Assembly (NCBI GenBank): GCA_951406725.2
Contig: OX597814.1
Span: 22,010,001-22,074,000, forward strand
Reading direction: 5' to 3'
From: Octopus vulgaris
Lineage: Eukaryota
Length of the DNA stretch: 64,000 bases
The translations under genes and the position numbers were made by a program. Positions 1 to 14,145 of this stretch are shown one piece after another (positions within the stretch are counted from its first letter, which is position 1; the number at the start of each line of letters is the position of its first letter). The notes below the pieces were generated by a model. That model worked only from the letters and a program-made list of their open reading frames with translations. It did not search any database and was not told the DNA's origin.

Positions 1-4
1 AAAA

Positions 5-150
5 ATGAATAATGTGAATATTAAGTTACAATTGGACACGGGCAGTGATATCACGATAATTAATACAGATACATGGAGAAAATAGGGAAAATCTGGATTA
101 AAGGAAGCTTCGAAAATTGCGCAAAGTGTTTCAGGAAAAGCTTAGACACT
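5..150 (+). pseudogene. Ty3/Gypsy-type aspartic protease remnant
   Basis: Frame from ATG at 5 reads MNNVNIKLQLDTGSDITIINTDTWRK*GKSGLKEASKIAQSVSG. LDTGS is the retropepsin catalytic motif, and the frame has in-frame stops. Confidence 0.7.
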
Positions 151-674
151 GAAGCTTATTTTCGTGGACTAAGAAAGGAACCAAGTAGAACGACTCGCGC
201 GGACAGCCCAGGTCTGTCGCTGAAGTAAACCGAGTTTAAAAACAGAAAAAAAAACAAGTGGTATATGGTCACATATGCGAAAAGTACGGCAATCAAGCGG
301 AAGATTACGAAGTTTAAATCAGTTATAAGAGTAAGGTTACCACTGGAGAAATATTCAGAAGAAACCAAGTGATTAATTATTGACAGGGATAGATATGAGA
401 AATTGAAAGAACTGTTCGGAAATAGTATAGACCTATTAGGGGTAGAAATTGAATTCGACGAATTGCCACCGGTCGTGGAGTTTAAAGATTTAAAGCCCTT
501 TATGAACTGTTAAAAAGAGTAAAGTAAGCAAAAATTTTAAAAGAGAGAAAAAATAGACTTTCCCAAGAAAAAATGGAAAAAAGGAAAAGAACGATGCTAA
601 AAGAAAAAAAAACTGTAAGAAAGAAATGTTAATTTGTATAATTTAACTGTTAAATGGTACTGCTTGAGAGCGGG

Positions 675-1094
675 TAAGGCGGCGAGCTGGCAGAATTTCG
701 TTAGGACGGTGGGCGAAATGCTTAGCGGTATTTCGTCTGCGTTACGTTGTGAGTTCAAATTCCGCCGAGGTCGACTTTGCCTTTCATCCTTTCGGAGTCG
801 ATAAATTAAGTACCAGTTACACATTGGGGTCGATGTAATCGACTTAATACCTATGTCTGTCCTTGTTTGTCCCCTCTGTGTTTAGCCCCTTGTGGGTAAT
901 AAAGAAATAGGTATTTCGTCTGCCGTTACGTTCTGAGTTCAAATCCCGCCGAGGTCAACTTTGCCCTTCATCCTTTCGGGGTCGATAAATTAAGTACCAG
1001 TTACGCACTGGGGGTCGATGTAATCAACTTAATACCTATGTCTGTCCTTGTTTGTCCCCTCTGTGTTTAGCCCCTTGTGGGTAATAAAGAAATA
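675..1094 (+). mobile_element. tRNA-derived SINE, family A, with tandem duplication of its 3' part
   Basis: A-box-like TGGCAGAAT and B-box-like GAGTTCAAATTCC. About 911-1094 repeats the body and tail. 19-bp TSD ggtactgcttgagagcggg at 656-674 and 1095-1113. Confidence 0.9.
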
Positions 1095-1639
1095 GGTACT
1101 GCTTGAGAGCGGGGTTCAATGCAGCAATCCCACCATCATTTAATCTTTATACATGATTCATTTTTCATTCGCTTCATATTTTTGTCCCCACTGTGGTGTT
1201 CTGTCTGTCCTTGTGCTGCCCTCTCTGTGTATGAGCCTGAGTGCTTAATAGAGAAATATAGAGAGCGCTTGGTAGTCTCACAAGTACGTCGTGTGAACAC
1301 ATTGATTAACTTCCATTTCGTTAAGTTATATATCCAACGTGTGTTAAGGATATGAAATATATGTACGTGTGTATATCATATATATATATATTATAATAAA
1401 AGCCACAAAGTGTCTTGTGAAATACATTTACCATGGGTTTCCTGACCGAAATATTAATTCATTTCGTCATTTATCATGTTGGTAAAAACAAGGCAGTTTA
1501 GTAACTGTATTCGATGCAATTGAGGTTTGAATGAGCACACGTATTTAGAAAAAGGCGGAGAGCAATTAAGGGGTGATAAATAACTACATAGAAGATATAA
1601 CCAGTATTTTACGAGTGTTAAAAAAATGACATAAACCAA

Positions 1640-4600
1640 TACCAATACTGAAATGGATTATCGGGAATCTGCTGGTTTATTCTTAATCCTGTATTTACCT
1701 GCATCCGTATCACTTTCGTGCATCCAGTATTTTTGTTATTTCTTGTAACTGTGTTGAAAAAATGCGCCTTTCAAAGTGGGAGCTAATATCCCAGTTATTG
1801 GTCCAACATAGACTACTTTGGCTATCTATTTTACTGTTACTTCCTGGCTTTCTGGCAACATAACAATAAATAATCTTCTCTTGATATGCATACAGAAATA
1901 CATTCGATGATCTGTTGCAGAAGTGTTGTACAACTCTGGTTGCGAAAGGATGTGCCGCTCAGGTAACTGGGATTTGAGCAAACCGAAAAGATGCTACCAT
2001 CCTTTTCATCTCACAGTTTTGTTAATAAAGAGTGTTCCATACTCCAACAAACACCTTTCCTCAAAATTTGTTCAGTTGTGATGATATTAATATCTCAGTA
2101 ATCTTGAGATGGGATATAGCTTCACTCAGGGCAGCGAGCTGACAGAAACGTTAGCACACCGGGCGAAATGCTTAGCGGTATTTTGTCTGTCTTTACGTTC
2201 TGAGTTCAAATTCCGCCGTGGTCGACTTTGCCTTTTATCCTTTCAGGGTCGATAAATTTAGTACCAGTTGCGTAGTGGAGTCGATCTAATCGTCTGGGCC
2301 CCTTCCCTAAAGATTTCGGGCCTTGTACCTAGGTAGAAAAGTATAGCTTCACTCAGATTGTATACATTTTATACATTAGATTCCGGTATGCAATTGACCA
2401 GGGGTTTTTATCCATGTAAGCGGTAGTGTTTTGGGTTATAATTTTAATTTTTGCCAGCGCCACCCAGCTTGGTTTGTTTACATCACCGTTGAGTCCTTGC
2501 AGGTAAAGGTCAGTATTTCCGCTAGAAGGTCAGTTGATTTCATTAGTACCCGAGAAACAAATCTCTTTCAGGTGCTTTCTTATCCCGACATTTTTAAATG
2601 ATGGTGTATCCCCATTGATGGTGTATATTTTTGATGGACATTAAGGGCAATGCTTATAAGCGCAATCCTTGTTTCAGAATTTATTTCCATTTTTGGCTAC
2701 GATGCCTCCTGATTAAAGTCTTTCTTCACCTCAGTTATTTTTTTTAATGAATCTGTATCTTCCTGAGAAGCCTCTTAGCATTTATTTTCACCTTATATCT
2801 CCGTGAACTTCTGATTGATTCCAATTAAATTCTTTGTTAATTACTTTTCGTTCAACTCAACTACCATTTCTTTTGGTGCTGGATTTTTTTTACTAGAGGC
2901 TTTAACTCTGGTTTATGAGTGTTTACTTTACACTCAACTATTCTCTTTTTACTGTCCCTAAGCATTGTTTTTGTTTTATCATCTGTTCTTAATTAACGTG
3001 GAATGTAGTCGTTTGTTTGTTCCCATGTGATAAGCAGTTCCACATAACTAATAGTCTACTGCAGAAGACTATTTTACCCCAGTTTTCCAAATTTATATGG
3101 CCATCTATTTTAATTGTTTTGTTTTCCTCTTCTTCTTCAGTACCTCCAATCCGCTGCATTGTAGATAAGTGTTAATTTGCCAAAGTGAAAGAACATTGTA
3201 GTGTTGTAAATATTCACCATCAAGTTCGTTAATCACTTATTTTGGAAGAAATGCTCACATCAGCAGGGCAGCTGACTTCTATGACTACACATAATTTTTC
3301 TTTCCTGTCCCAAACAAATATATCAGGCACATTATGTTTGCACTTGGCAGAAGTTTTGATGAGACTGTTTTACCAAGATAATGTGTCCTAGAACTGATGC
3401 GTTATCGATGTTTAGCCCAGAGCAGTCTTTCTTACGAATGACATCATTGTGTTAGCAACATCATATCACAATGGGAAGTAGGAACTCGATTGCATTTTGG
3501 GGAAACTGCTATAACCTATATAGCTTTGACAGAAGTGTAACGCAAGCACCATTTTCGTTTGCAGCTTAGGAATTTAAGCTGTCTCCTGTTCTTGGATTGC
3601 AAAAGATTAATCATCAAAATGCATTGTGATGTAACTGTCTGCAGTTCAAGAGAAGCTATACTTCATGTTAATATTATCAGCCTCATCTTTACACGTTAGG
3701 TAATCTCATAAGCTTTCTGTGGTATGCAGAATGTTTCTCTTCTACTTTCATTTGTTTTTGGGGGGCATGCTAAACCTACAATTCTGGGGTTACATTGGAG
3801 GCCATTGGAAAGCTAATATGAAGAATTCACTACGAACCAGTAAGATGTTGTTCTCATCACGTTTGAGCATTTGGTTGGTGTATTTACTTTTGCAGATGCT
3901 GTGAGTGATACCACAGTTTGCACTGATCTTAAACCTCTGCCTCACTTGTTTCTTCCTAGAGTTTGTCAGTATCACTGTTTATGTGGAGGTTGCATTTCAT
4001 ATGATGATCCTGTAGGCTTTAATTTCCAAGGATCAGATTTCCTCTATAGACTAGTCGAGTATTCTAATTGTTAGAATCAGTACAGATACTGCAAATGCTT
4101 TGTGGCATATTGTTCCTTTGTGAGAGAAAAGCTCTGACAGTATTTTTGTAGAATATTCTTTGGTTACTATTTGTTCACAGCAACTTAATATTATTATGTA
4201 TTTTTAGATATTTGTAGTACTCATTATGCAGAACAGAGGGAATAAACAAACCATTATTGCAAAGTTTTGCGATTTGGGAAGTGGTTTTACAGTGTTCCAC
4301 TGTCAAATATAAATAGTTTTTGGCCAAACTCCATCTCTATATCAGCAGAAAATCTAGGTGTTTCTCAGCATTGTAAATGTTTCAAGGTAAATTTTTAAAT
4401 CTCCACAAAGTTAAGGGATGCCCTAGTGTCTATTATTCTTTTAAACCCTACATAACCAGTGACTTGAGTTTTCTGTTAAAGTAATAATAGTGAGTTTAAA
4501 GACAAAATACACAGAAGTACTTACTTTTAGGTTTCCTTGGAATATTTCTTTTGATTTATAAAATCGGAGAAAATCGTTTCGATTTCAGTTGCATGTTAAA

Positions 4601-5570
4601 GAGTGTTGGCTTCATCTTTGCGAGCTTTTTAATGGTATCAACTAAAGCAAGCTTTAGTCTGGAATAGATTCTAATATCTTTCTGTAATCAAGCCGTAACG
4701 TTTCTGCATACTTTCTTTCATCACACTGTACAGCATTATTTACCGAAAGTTTTTCAGCACATCTCAGACTCGCTCCTTTCCTTCTACTTACTCATCAGTC
4801 TTTATATTGTTTAACTCGAAGTAGTCTTGTACTAGCGTCAGCATCCAACTATTGGATCTCTCCTTGATGTTTTTCCCCCATTATGCAGCTTTAAATGCAG
4901 CATTGTAGAGAATGCTAACGTCGACTGTGTAAGTTTTATTGTTGTATTATTTCTTGATATTAACATGTCACGATGCATTCTGATTAAAATCTTTCCTTTC
5001 TTTCCATCTCTAAGACCACAACTTAACATCTCCACGAGAAGAGCACATTTTATTAAGATCTTTTTTCTTCATCCTCTTGTAATTCAGCTTGTAGATTAGA
5101 AGCAAACTTGTGATTAATACTGGGTCATTCTAAAATGTTTTTTCAATAGCGGAATTTTTCACTCAGCGTCTTGAATGCATTTTTAAAGTTATAATATATA
5201 ATGAGATAGATTTTGATGGATGGATGAATGGACAACTAAATTTATTTTCAACGCATATTTACGGAGGAGGGTAGCGCAATTGTTCAAATTTTTAGTCTAT
5301 GAGAATGGTAAGAGTAAGGGAGGAAAGGATCTTCAAGCTAGAGACCTGATCCGGATGCTTACTTGAGAGTGAAGGGTATATATATATCACGGATAGTAAC
5401 TTTAATCTGTTGCCGTGTTTAACACCACTACCGGGCCTTTGTATGCCTTTCCTGAAGTTCGCTTTTCTACAAGCATCCAGACTAGGTCTTATCTGAGGAT
5501 AACTCCTACCCATCTTATACTCCTGAAAAATGGCCGTGAACGCTGCCCTTTTCCCATTGACGAAACAGAA
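1640..5570 (-). mobile_element. Heavily degraded R4/Dong-like (RLE-type) non-LTR retrotransposon fragments
   Basis: The minus strand at ~3245-3365 reads IKTSAKCKHNVPDIFVWDRKEKLCVVIEVSCPADVSISSK (PD-(D/E) restriction-like endonuclease). Other pieces are fragmentary. The region abuts (ATAC)n at ~5580. Boundaries are approximate. Confidence 0.55.
2130..2341 (+). mobile_element. SINE family A (alternative 3' tail)
   Basis: Same head and body as 675-910. 15-bp TSD tatagcttcactcag at 2115-2129 and 2342-2356. Confidence 0.88.
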
Positions 5571-5699
5571 AAAATATATACATACATACGTACATGCATG
5601 CATACATGCTTACATACATACATACATGCATGCATATATAGACACATACATACATGCATGCACACATGTACGCATACATACATGAACAACCTAGAAATG

Positions 5700-5848
5700 C
5701 AGTCTTCGTTCCGTAGGAAAAGCTGCAAGCGCCTTTGGGTATGATGCGAATGCTCAACAACACAACGCACCATCCGGTCTAGGAATTGAAGCCACAATCT
5801 CTAGATCGTGAGTGCAGCACTCTAACCACTAGGTCATGCGCCCCCACA
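5700..5848 (-). mobile_element. Old SINE copy related to family B
   Basis: The reverse complement resembles the tRNA-like head of 13848-13930 (gtggttagagtgctgcactcacgatc...ttcaattcctagaccg). Confidence 0.55.
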
Positions 5849-6118
5849 TATTCATTATACCTAACATCATAATAATAATAAACAAAGGCTGCTAGCAAAC
5901 GAAAGACCCTCTATGTGCTCGGTCGACCTGTAAGAAATAGTGGCAGAATCTTCTCCAAATGAATCTCACCGTCTTCCATGGAAGGATGCATTGGATAATG
6001 TAGTCCTAGATTTTCCTAAATATGGACTGTGTTAGCTGGAATGGTTTTGAACAAGGCTGACCTGAAGATAAATATCAAAAGCAAGAAAATAAAACTGAAA
6101 CATAAAACGTATACTTAC

Positions 6119-6185
6119 GCAAGTTGATTTGGAGGAATAATGGTCCGGGCAAAGTTGCCAAATCCTGTTGTGACGCCATACGCAA
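6119..6185 (-). CDS. HAL: Histidine ammonia-lyase coding exon 4 (67 nt, phase 1 to 2)
   Basis: tag|TTGCGTATGGCGTCACAACAGGATTTGGC...CAACTTGC|gtaagt encodes (V)AYGVTTGFGNFARTIIPPNQLA, containing the YG.TTGFG active-site-loop motif of MIO ammonia-lyases. Confidence 0.95.
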
Positions 6186-6285
6186 CTATTAAGATAAATA
6201 AACAAGAACGAAATGGAGTACTAATTTACACAAAGAGTAACTTCATTTGTATATTAGTCACTGTTGATTTTTGTGTGCATGTATG

Positions 6286-6698
<413 letters not shown>

Positions 6699-7019
6699 AG
6701 AAGGAGAAAGAACAGTTAAAGCCAATTCCATGCGTGTTGAATGGCCGTTGTTTTTTTTAATAAAAAAAAATAAAATAAAAGTAAACGGACGTTTCTTCTT
6801 GGTACGAAAATGATGTAAGGCGGACGAAATAGATGAAGTCTATTTTATTAATGACTGCGGCCAATACAAAACTAGTTTCTTTTTTAATGTAGAAACTAAT
6901 AAATCAATTTTTAAAATTTGATTTAATTTAGAAGTACATTTGACGATCTACAGTTGTATATACCATATTTTAAGAACAAATATAAATAACTATAGAATAT
7001 ATTTACCTTCATTTAAGAC

Positions 7020-9728
7020 AAGATCTGAGTAGAATAGAAGCCTGGAAACTGAACACGTTAGAAAACACAAGATGCAATCTTCCCTTGAGAAAAGATACTT
7101 AGTCAAAGGGAAAGGATTTGAGATAGTAATAAAGAGTTGAAACAGCGTATCATAGCACAGTAGCAGGCAAGCCCTCCAGATATCGGAAACGAATAGATCG
7201 GTATCAACAGAATAGATTATCTGAGACAGACCAGAGGAGATTTTATGACCAAATAAATAGTGGAGAACGAAGTAGTAAATATGAGAAACCTAATGCAGAA
7301 AAAGCTAGAAAGTTCTGGAGTAATATTTGGGATAAGCCAGTCAATCATAATGAAGATCTATTATGGTTAAAGAAAGTGAGGGAAAAGTAGTGACTGAGAA
7401 GCAGCAAAATCTAAGACTAACTAGTGCATTAATGAGTAAAGTGTTAGGGGAAAATGCCGAATTGGAAGGGCCCAGGACCAGATTTAGTTCAAGGGAACTG
7501 GCTAAAGAAATTTAGTAGGATGACTAGAGTGAGAATGATTCTCCTTATAAAAGATAAGAGCAAAGGTAACATAACTAGCAACTACAGACCAATCACTTGC
7601 TTACCATTAATGTGGAAACTGTTAATTGGAATGCATTCAGAAAGCATTTACGTGCACCTTGACAACCAGAATTTACTGCCAGAAGAACAGAAAGGTTGCA
7701 GGAAGAAGGCTAGAGGAATACATGATCTATTATACATAGACAAAGTAGTTTTAAATTAAGTAAAAGCTAGAAAGAAAAATCTAACAATAGCATGGCTAGA
7801 TTATAGGAAAACCTATGACATGATCCCACACTCATGGATAAGTGAATGTTTGAGTACATTCTGTATAGTAGACAACATAAGAGAATTAATTAGCTTTAGC
7901 ATGAAGAAATGGAGAATAGATCTTTACTCAGGTGACACAGCCTTAGGGAATGTTAATCTCAAGAAAGGAATTTTCCAGAGGGACCCGTTGACCCCTTCAC
8001 TGTTTGTCTTATGTTTGATCCGCCTCAATTTAGTATTATGGAAGGCAAAGGCTCAGTATCAGAAATAGTAAAGGAAAAGTTAACCATTTGCTCTACAGAT
8101 GATCTGAAGCTTTTTAATAAGAATAAAAATGAGAAAGATTCCTTAATACAGACTGTAAGACTCTTCAGCAAAAATACAGGCATGGATTTGGCATAGATAA
8201 GTGTGTAATATTAATCATGAATAGGGGACATGTAGTCAACAGCGAAGGCATCAAATTACCAGATGGCCAGACATTAAAATCATTGAAAGGAAGAGAGAGT
8301 TATAAGTATCTAGGAGTATTAAAATCTGGTAGAATATTAACTATAGAAATGAAAACGAAAATTAAGAAGGAGTACATCAGAAGGGCGAGGAAGCTAATGA
8401 AGTCAAAGCTAAATGATCCGAATCTAGTCAAGGCTGTAAATACTTGGGCAATATCTTTACTTAGATACTCAGCAGCTTTTGTAGATTAGGCAAAAACTGA
8501 ATTAGCAAAGCTAGACAAAAGCACTAGAAAGGAATTCAATATGAATGGCAGACTCCACCCAAGATCAGGAGTAGCAAGATTATACTTTCCTAGAAAGGAA
8601 GGCAAAAGAGAGGTAATATCAGAGAGGTGATATCAGAATAGAGTATTTACAGCCTTCACTAGATACGGACCATTTAGCTTTGACTTCATTAGCTTCCTCA
8701 CCCTTCTGATGTACTCCTTCTCAATTTTCGATTTTTCATTTCTATAGTTAGTACTCTGTCGGATTCTATCAGTAGATAAAAACTCCTACGTAGGTAATAG
8801 TGAAGAAAATCTATTAAAAACTGCTAGAGTCACAGCAAGCCATAAGGAATCCAAAACCCACAAAGAAATTAAAAACCAGGAAAAAGAACAGAAACTATCT
8901 GACTGGCAGGAGATTTAGTTGCATGGTAGATTCCCAAAGATAGTTGCAGCAAATAGTAATAGTGAGACATGGTTATGGTTGCAGAAAGGAAAACTGAAAA
9001 GGGAGACAGAGAGGTTGTTAGTAGCAGCACGAGATCAAACATTAAAGGACTAATTAGATAAAAGCGAAGGTTGACAAAATCAAATAGATAGCCAATGTAG
9101 GTTATGCAAATCTAAAGGGGAAAACATTATTCATATAGTAAGTGAATGTAGCATGCTGGCACAGAAAAAAATACAAGATAAGACATGACAACCTAGGGAG
9201 AGTAATCCACTGGGAGTTGTGTAGAAAGCTAGGATTTGAACATACTGATAAATGGTATGAACATTAACCTAGTAAAGTGCGAGAAAGTAAGAAATACAAA
9301 ATGTTATGGGACTTTAAAATTCAGACTGACAGAGTAATAGAAGCTAGGTCTGGTTTAGTAGGAGATAAAAAAAATAGAAAATGCCAGATAATTGACTTTA
9401 CAGTCCCAAATGATGAAAATGTCAATATGAGAGGTATAGAAAAGATAGCAAAGTACCAGAATCAAACAGAGACTATGGAAAGTGCGAGTAAAATGTATCC
9501 CAGTAGTTATAGGTGCATTGGGAACTATCCCTAATGATTTGGACAGATGGATAGAGGAAATAGGCATGAAACCCAAATTAGTACAGCTCCAGAAAACAGT
9601 GTTATTAGGGACAGCTAGGATACTTAGGCGGGTTATTGGCCTCTAAGGTTACTTGATGCAGCCCGACGTTAGGATTTTTCTTTTCCAACAGTCTAATCTG
9701 ATGTATGTACATAATAATAATAATAATT
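7020..9728 (+). mobile_element. Degraded R4/Dong-clade LINE (RT, CCHC, RLE), 5'-truncated
   Basis: Fragments WKGPGPD, NYRPITCL, EQKGCR, GIFQ.D, DDLKLF, YKYLG, CRLC..ENIIHIVSEC, RHDN and LWDFKIQTD..IIDF.VP.D. Many stops and frameshifts. Ends in (TAA)n. Confidence 0.9.
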
Positions 9729-9732
9729 ATTA

Positions 9733-9811
<79 letters not shown>

Positions 9812-9812
<1 letters not shown>

Positions 9813-10305
9813 AATCATGTACATTGTTTTGTCTTGGTATAAAAGATGGGCTACAGCAAATATTCTGCTCAATACCACAGATTTGCTTGTCAGTTGTTTG
9901 ACCTTAATCAGTTGAGCATGTCCCTTAGTGGCTGACGATATGTGCATCTCTGATCACGAGCAGAAGTAGTGGGGGAGCATCATAGCCATGTGTTGAGAGG
10001 GATTCTTTGGGGTTTGAATAATTCAGCTCTGGAAACATGGGTGTTTCATTCAACATCCTTAAACAACCCTTATTCAGGGACCTTTTGAGCAGGATGGGCT
10101 ACTCAACCTGAAGAAATTTCTAACTGGGCTCCACCTGCAAGGTCATGTGCTGTTTATCTTGATATGAGATCACCATGTCGCGCACATATGGTTGTGATGC
10201 ATGTGCCTGGTGTACCCTTATCAGACGGGTAGTCATGATGGGTATATTGGGCTTCGATAATTTTACCCCAGTGTCACTTTGATGGCATGAACTGCTCTCT
10301 CACTC
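9812..10305 (+). mobile_element. Non-coding interspersed repeat flanked by (TAA/TTA)n
   Basis: A reverse-complement copy lies at ~54977-55345. Both copies abut TAA-type microsatellites. No ORF. Confidence 0.8.
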
Positions 10306-10326
10306 AATAATAATAATAATAATAAC

Positions 10327-10394
<68 letters not shown>

Positions 10395-10396
10395 TG

Positions 10397-10466
<70 letters not shown>
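10306..10466. repeat. (TAA)n microsatellite
   Basis: Directly visible. Confidence 0.95.
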
Positions 10467-10468
<2 letters not shown>

Positions 10469-10721
10469 GTTCAAAGACAAAAAAATTAGAAGTGCATAGG
10501 TTACTTAATATGTTTTATTTCAGAACTGTGATATCTATCAACTCTGTCAGAAGAGTATCAAAAGCAAAATGTTCCTTCTTTTCAACTCAAAATTCGTTTT
10601 AAAATGATAAAAGCAAATGTTTTTGTTGTTGTCTTTTTATTTCTCATAAATTGGGGTTGCAACATCAACAGGGCTACACCATCGAAAAATTCATAGCTAA
10701 TCTAAATGTCATATCAGTTAC

Positions 10722-10794
10722 CTTGATTCTTGGCAACAATGTCATTCAGTAGATCACGTGATTTCCTTACTCTTTCCAAGGCATCATCTGAAAT
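10722..10794 (-). CDS. HAL: Histidine ammonia-lyase coding exon 3 (73 nt, phase 0 to 1)
   Basis: ttctgttcag|ATTTCAGAT...AATCAAG|gtaact encodes ISDDALERVRKSRDLLNDIVAKNQ(V), similar to vertebrate HAL LTPTAEKRVQKSREVIDSIIKEKTV (recalled). Phases join both neighbouring exons. Confidence 0.93.
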
Positions 10795-12129
10795 CTGAAC
10801 AGAAGTAAAATTATGAAACTGGTACTTAATTCAGATATTCAAAATGGTTGCTTGACAAAATTTAGTTTTTATTTTTTCAAATTAAATAGGGTCATAACTC
10901 ACCTGGAAAATTTAAGAGATTTTTGTTTTGTTTTTCTTTTTTTTCTTTTGCGAACAACCTAAACATTTGTCTATTTGGTACATTCATTCAATTTGATAAA
11001 ATGAAACGAGCAATGCTGGTTTCTAAAATCAAAATCATAATACCGAATATTCGTTCACATATTTTCAAATTGTAAAATGTTACGTTTCTTGTTTAGATAG
11101 TTGGAGATGGTGGACTTAGCTGAGTGCCAGCGTATCTATCGAAGAGTGGTTGGTTTGTAGTTTGTCCTTAGCGTCACACTTTAAATTTGGCAAATGCGCT
11201 CAATTTTCGTGACCACTTGATATCAAATATATACTATGGATATGTACATCACGTCTCTTGTTACCACACCAATATAAATTTTAGTAAAGTAATCAGTACT
11301 GATCTGAAAATCTCCAGTGAACAATGTTGGGAAGAAGTGTAGTCTCCTCTCGAAAGCAAAATGTATTTGTTGGAAAAAATATAGGCTATTTTAAGCTGTC
11401 GTTCAACAGCAGATATGATCATTTACTTAGCAGATCATAGAGCCTGCTTTCTCAAATCGGAAATGTGGGCTGGATGTTGATTTTTTATGATTAAATAACT
11501 ATTTATTGTTTGGGAAAATTGAGGTCTCTAGACTCTTCAAAGAATTTTAGAAAAGTCGAGCAGTTTCCATACTCTCTAGTTAAGAAAAAAGAGAAAGAAA
11601 AGTGCAGACACGGCACTGGAAGTTAGAATCTATATTAGGAGTTAATATATTTGGTGCAGTAGAGACTGGCATGGAATAGAGAACAGCCTTTTAAGAGGTC
11701 TAGACCATGGAGAAGATAAAATAAATGAGTTGAAGGGTAATACATAGAAATAAGGTGAGAATGAAACATTACTTCATACGGTTAGCGAAATAAAGTACTA
11801 TACAGGATTAGGAATACATTTTTCCCTCTCTTAGCTTTACGCTTGTAATTGAAGCTAAAATGTACAAGCGGTAGGGGCGGTCCGTCCCGGGTGGCACTTT
11901 TAAAAGGGAACCAGTTTTGGGTCTGCTGAAGACAATATGTATTTTTTGTGACGTCCAGGCGGCACACACTCTAGATACGCTAGAGCTAAAATGATTAATT
12001 TATTCAAAATATTTCTATAAAATATTTGATACTTGATCGACTGAAATGATAAATGAATTTTGTGATACCAAAAATAATTCTGCTTTGAACATAAAATAGC
12101 TTTAAAAGAGACACAAAATACTCACTAAC

Positions 12130-12204
12130 CTTGAGAAGGTGTTCACCTTTTCCCAATTGAAGCAGGGCGCTTGTCGTCAGTGAATAACCATCGAGAGTTA
12201 TGTA
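12130..12204 (-). CDS. HAL: Histidine ammonia-lyase coding exon 2 (75 nt, phase 0 to 0)
   Basis: ttttag|TACATAACTCTCGATGGT...CTCAAG|gttagt encodes YITLDGYSLTTSALLQLGKGEHLLK, similar to HAL YIELDGDRLTTEDLVNLGKGRYKIK (recalled). Confidence 0.93.
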
Positions 12205-13612
12205 CTAAAATATAAAATTGAATTTTTGTTTAATTATTTAAAATGAAACTAATTATATATTGGGTTGTTATTCTTCACTTAACTGAAACCGGCAGTGCCA
12301 GGACAATTTGCATACCACCTCGTATGTTTCGATTTTCGAGTTATGGAGAGCAATCTTAAATGTGAAAATTGATTCGAACTGTTGGTTTATGACTGCTTGA
12401 TTTATTCTGAAAATGTTGAGATTTGATAACAATTTGAACACAATTGGGAGAGATGGTATGACAACTTTAGTGATATTACTGTATATTTGCCAATAGAAAT
12501 CTTATATTGATGGAAATGGCTTGCCAAATGTAATTTAGGATATTTAAAATTAAATATATATAATTTTCAAAGAGAATGCACCATTATAGAATTGAGGAAT
12601 TTGTCGATATACTTAAGAAAGAATTCGAAAGAAAATCGAGATTTTAGTTACTCTGGTGACTGGAGCTCTCACCGTTTGCTGCACCTTTATTCTCAACAGC
12701 AAAAAAATAAATAAATAAACATTTGCAGCAAAGTTTTGTTGGTGAGTTCTATTCTCAGTATTTTAAAAGATGATATTTACATTCATAGACACCTGTATAC
12801 ATACGTTTGTTTAGATAAAACCATTTAACAATAAACGTCTGTAAGACTTGAAACACTAAGGAATTATAACAATAGAATATATTACGTTGACATATTGGCA
12901 AATTATGAGTCCATACTTCGGTAATGGTACCTAAAGAAGTCAGTATTATGTTTACTTGCCAAAAACAAATAAAAAATTATATTAATCATTTGCTGATATT
13001 GTTTTTATTTTTTCATCACATATTCGGCTTCCACCGTACTAAATTGCTGACATCCACTTATTTACTCGTTTTAGTTAGTCTGTAACAAAAACCTCGAAGA
13101 ATTATCACATTGGAATTTTATGGCTAAAACCTTTGCTTTCAAGTATTTTGTAAGTGAAGGCAATATAGTTAACCAGCTCGACATCGCTATGGCATTTTTG
13201 ACCCTGGTCAATCCTCAGTAAGATTTGATCTCGAAACTGAAAGTTCATCTTTCTATTTTTCAGCCAATTCTCTTGCGCTCTGTAATATTCATAAAATCTA
13301 TTTGAATGTATTCGATGTAACCTAATAATTTGTTAAAAGTGTATGTGTGAACCACTGAAATGCTTTGGATTCTAAGAACAGTTCAATTGTCAACAAACAT
13401 AACAGCCCAATTTGCCACTTAATATCAACGAAGAAGTGGGTTTTGTTTGCATTCTTGTTTTTTTCGTTATCGCATTGTCAAAGCATTGTTGCTTATTGCT
13501 TTATCAACGCTGAAGTAAATCAGTACGATGTGGTCATTAGTATATGATATTTAAACATGTCCTAGAGATGTACTACTTTTGAAATCGTTACAAACACACA
13601 CATATACATAAA

Positions 13613-13707
<95 letters not shown>

Positions 13708-13847
13708 TATATATATATACGAGTGTGTGTGTTGTGTATGTATGTGTTACACGTGCACATACAGAAATAGTTTTACATTAAACTGAATAATTACCCAACA
13801 TTTTTTGTAGGGTTCATATCCATTATACTTTTAGTAGAAGAGTGTTA

Positions 13848-14145
13848 GTGGAGGTGCAATGGCTCAATGGTTAGGGCAGCGGACTCGCGGTCGGAGGATC
13901 GCGGTTTCGATTCCCAGACCGGGCGTTGTGTGTGTTTATTGAGCGAAAACACCTCAAAGCTCCAGCAAGGGGTGGTGGCGACCCCTGTTGTACTCTTTCG
14001 CCCCAACTTTCTCTCGCTCTTTCTTCCTGTTTCTTGAGTAACGCTGCGATGGACTGGCGTCTCGTCCAGCTGGTGGGGAACACATACGCCATAGAAACCG
14101 GGTCCATGAGCCTGGCTAGGCTTGAAAAGGGCGCATAAATAAAAT
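13848..14145 (+). mobile_element. tRNA-derived SINE, family B (tail type 1)
   Basis: A box TGGCTCAATGG and B box GGTTTCGATTCCC. The first ~190 nt are shared with 15810-16194. Confidence 0.85.

Noticed and set aside
1698-1750. Candidate next HAL exon (cag..gtaaat)
   Set aside because: It does not encode the expected ELQxNLxRSH motif and lies in LINE debris. The real exon is probably beyond position 1.
12917-12930. 14-nt ag..gt micro-exon candidate (GTITE) just upstream of the HAL 75-nt exon
   Set aside because: It would frameshift the MNTAKE-YITLDG junction and has a weak donor. At most a cryptic exon.
13848-13925. tRNA-like sequence
   Set aside because: It is a SINE head that continues into SINE body and tail, with no convincing complete cloverleaf.
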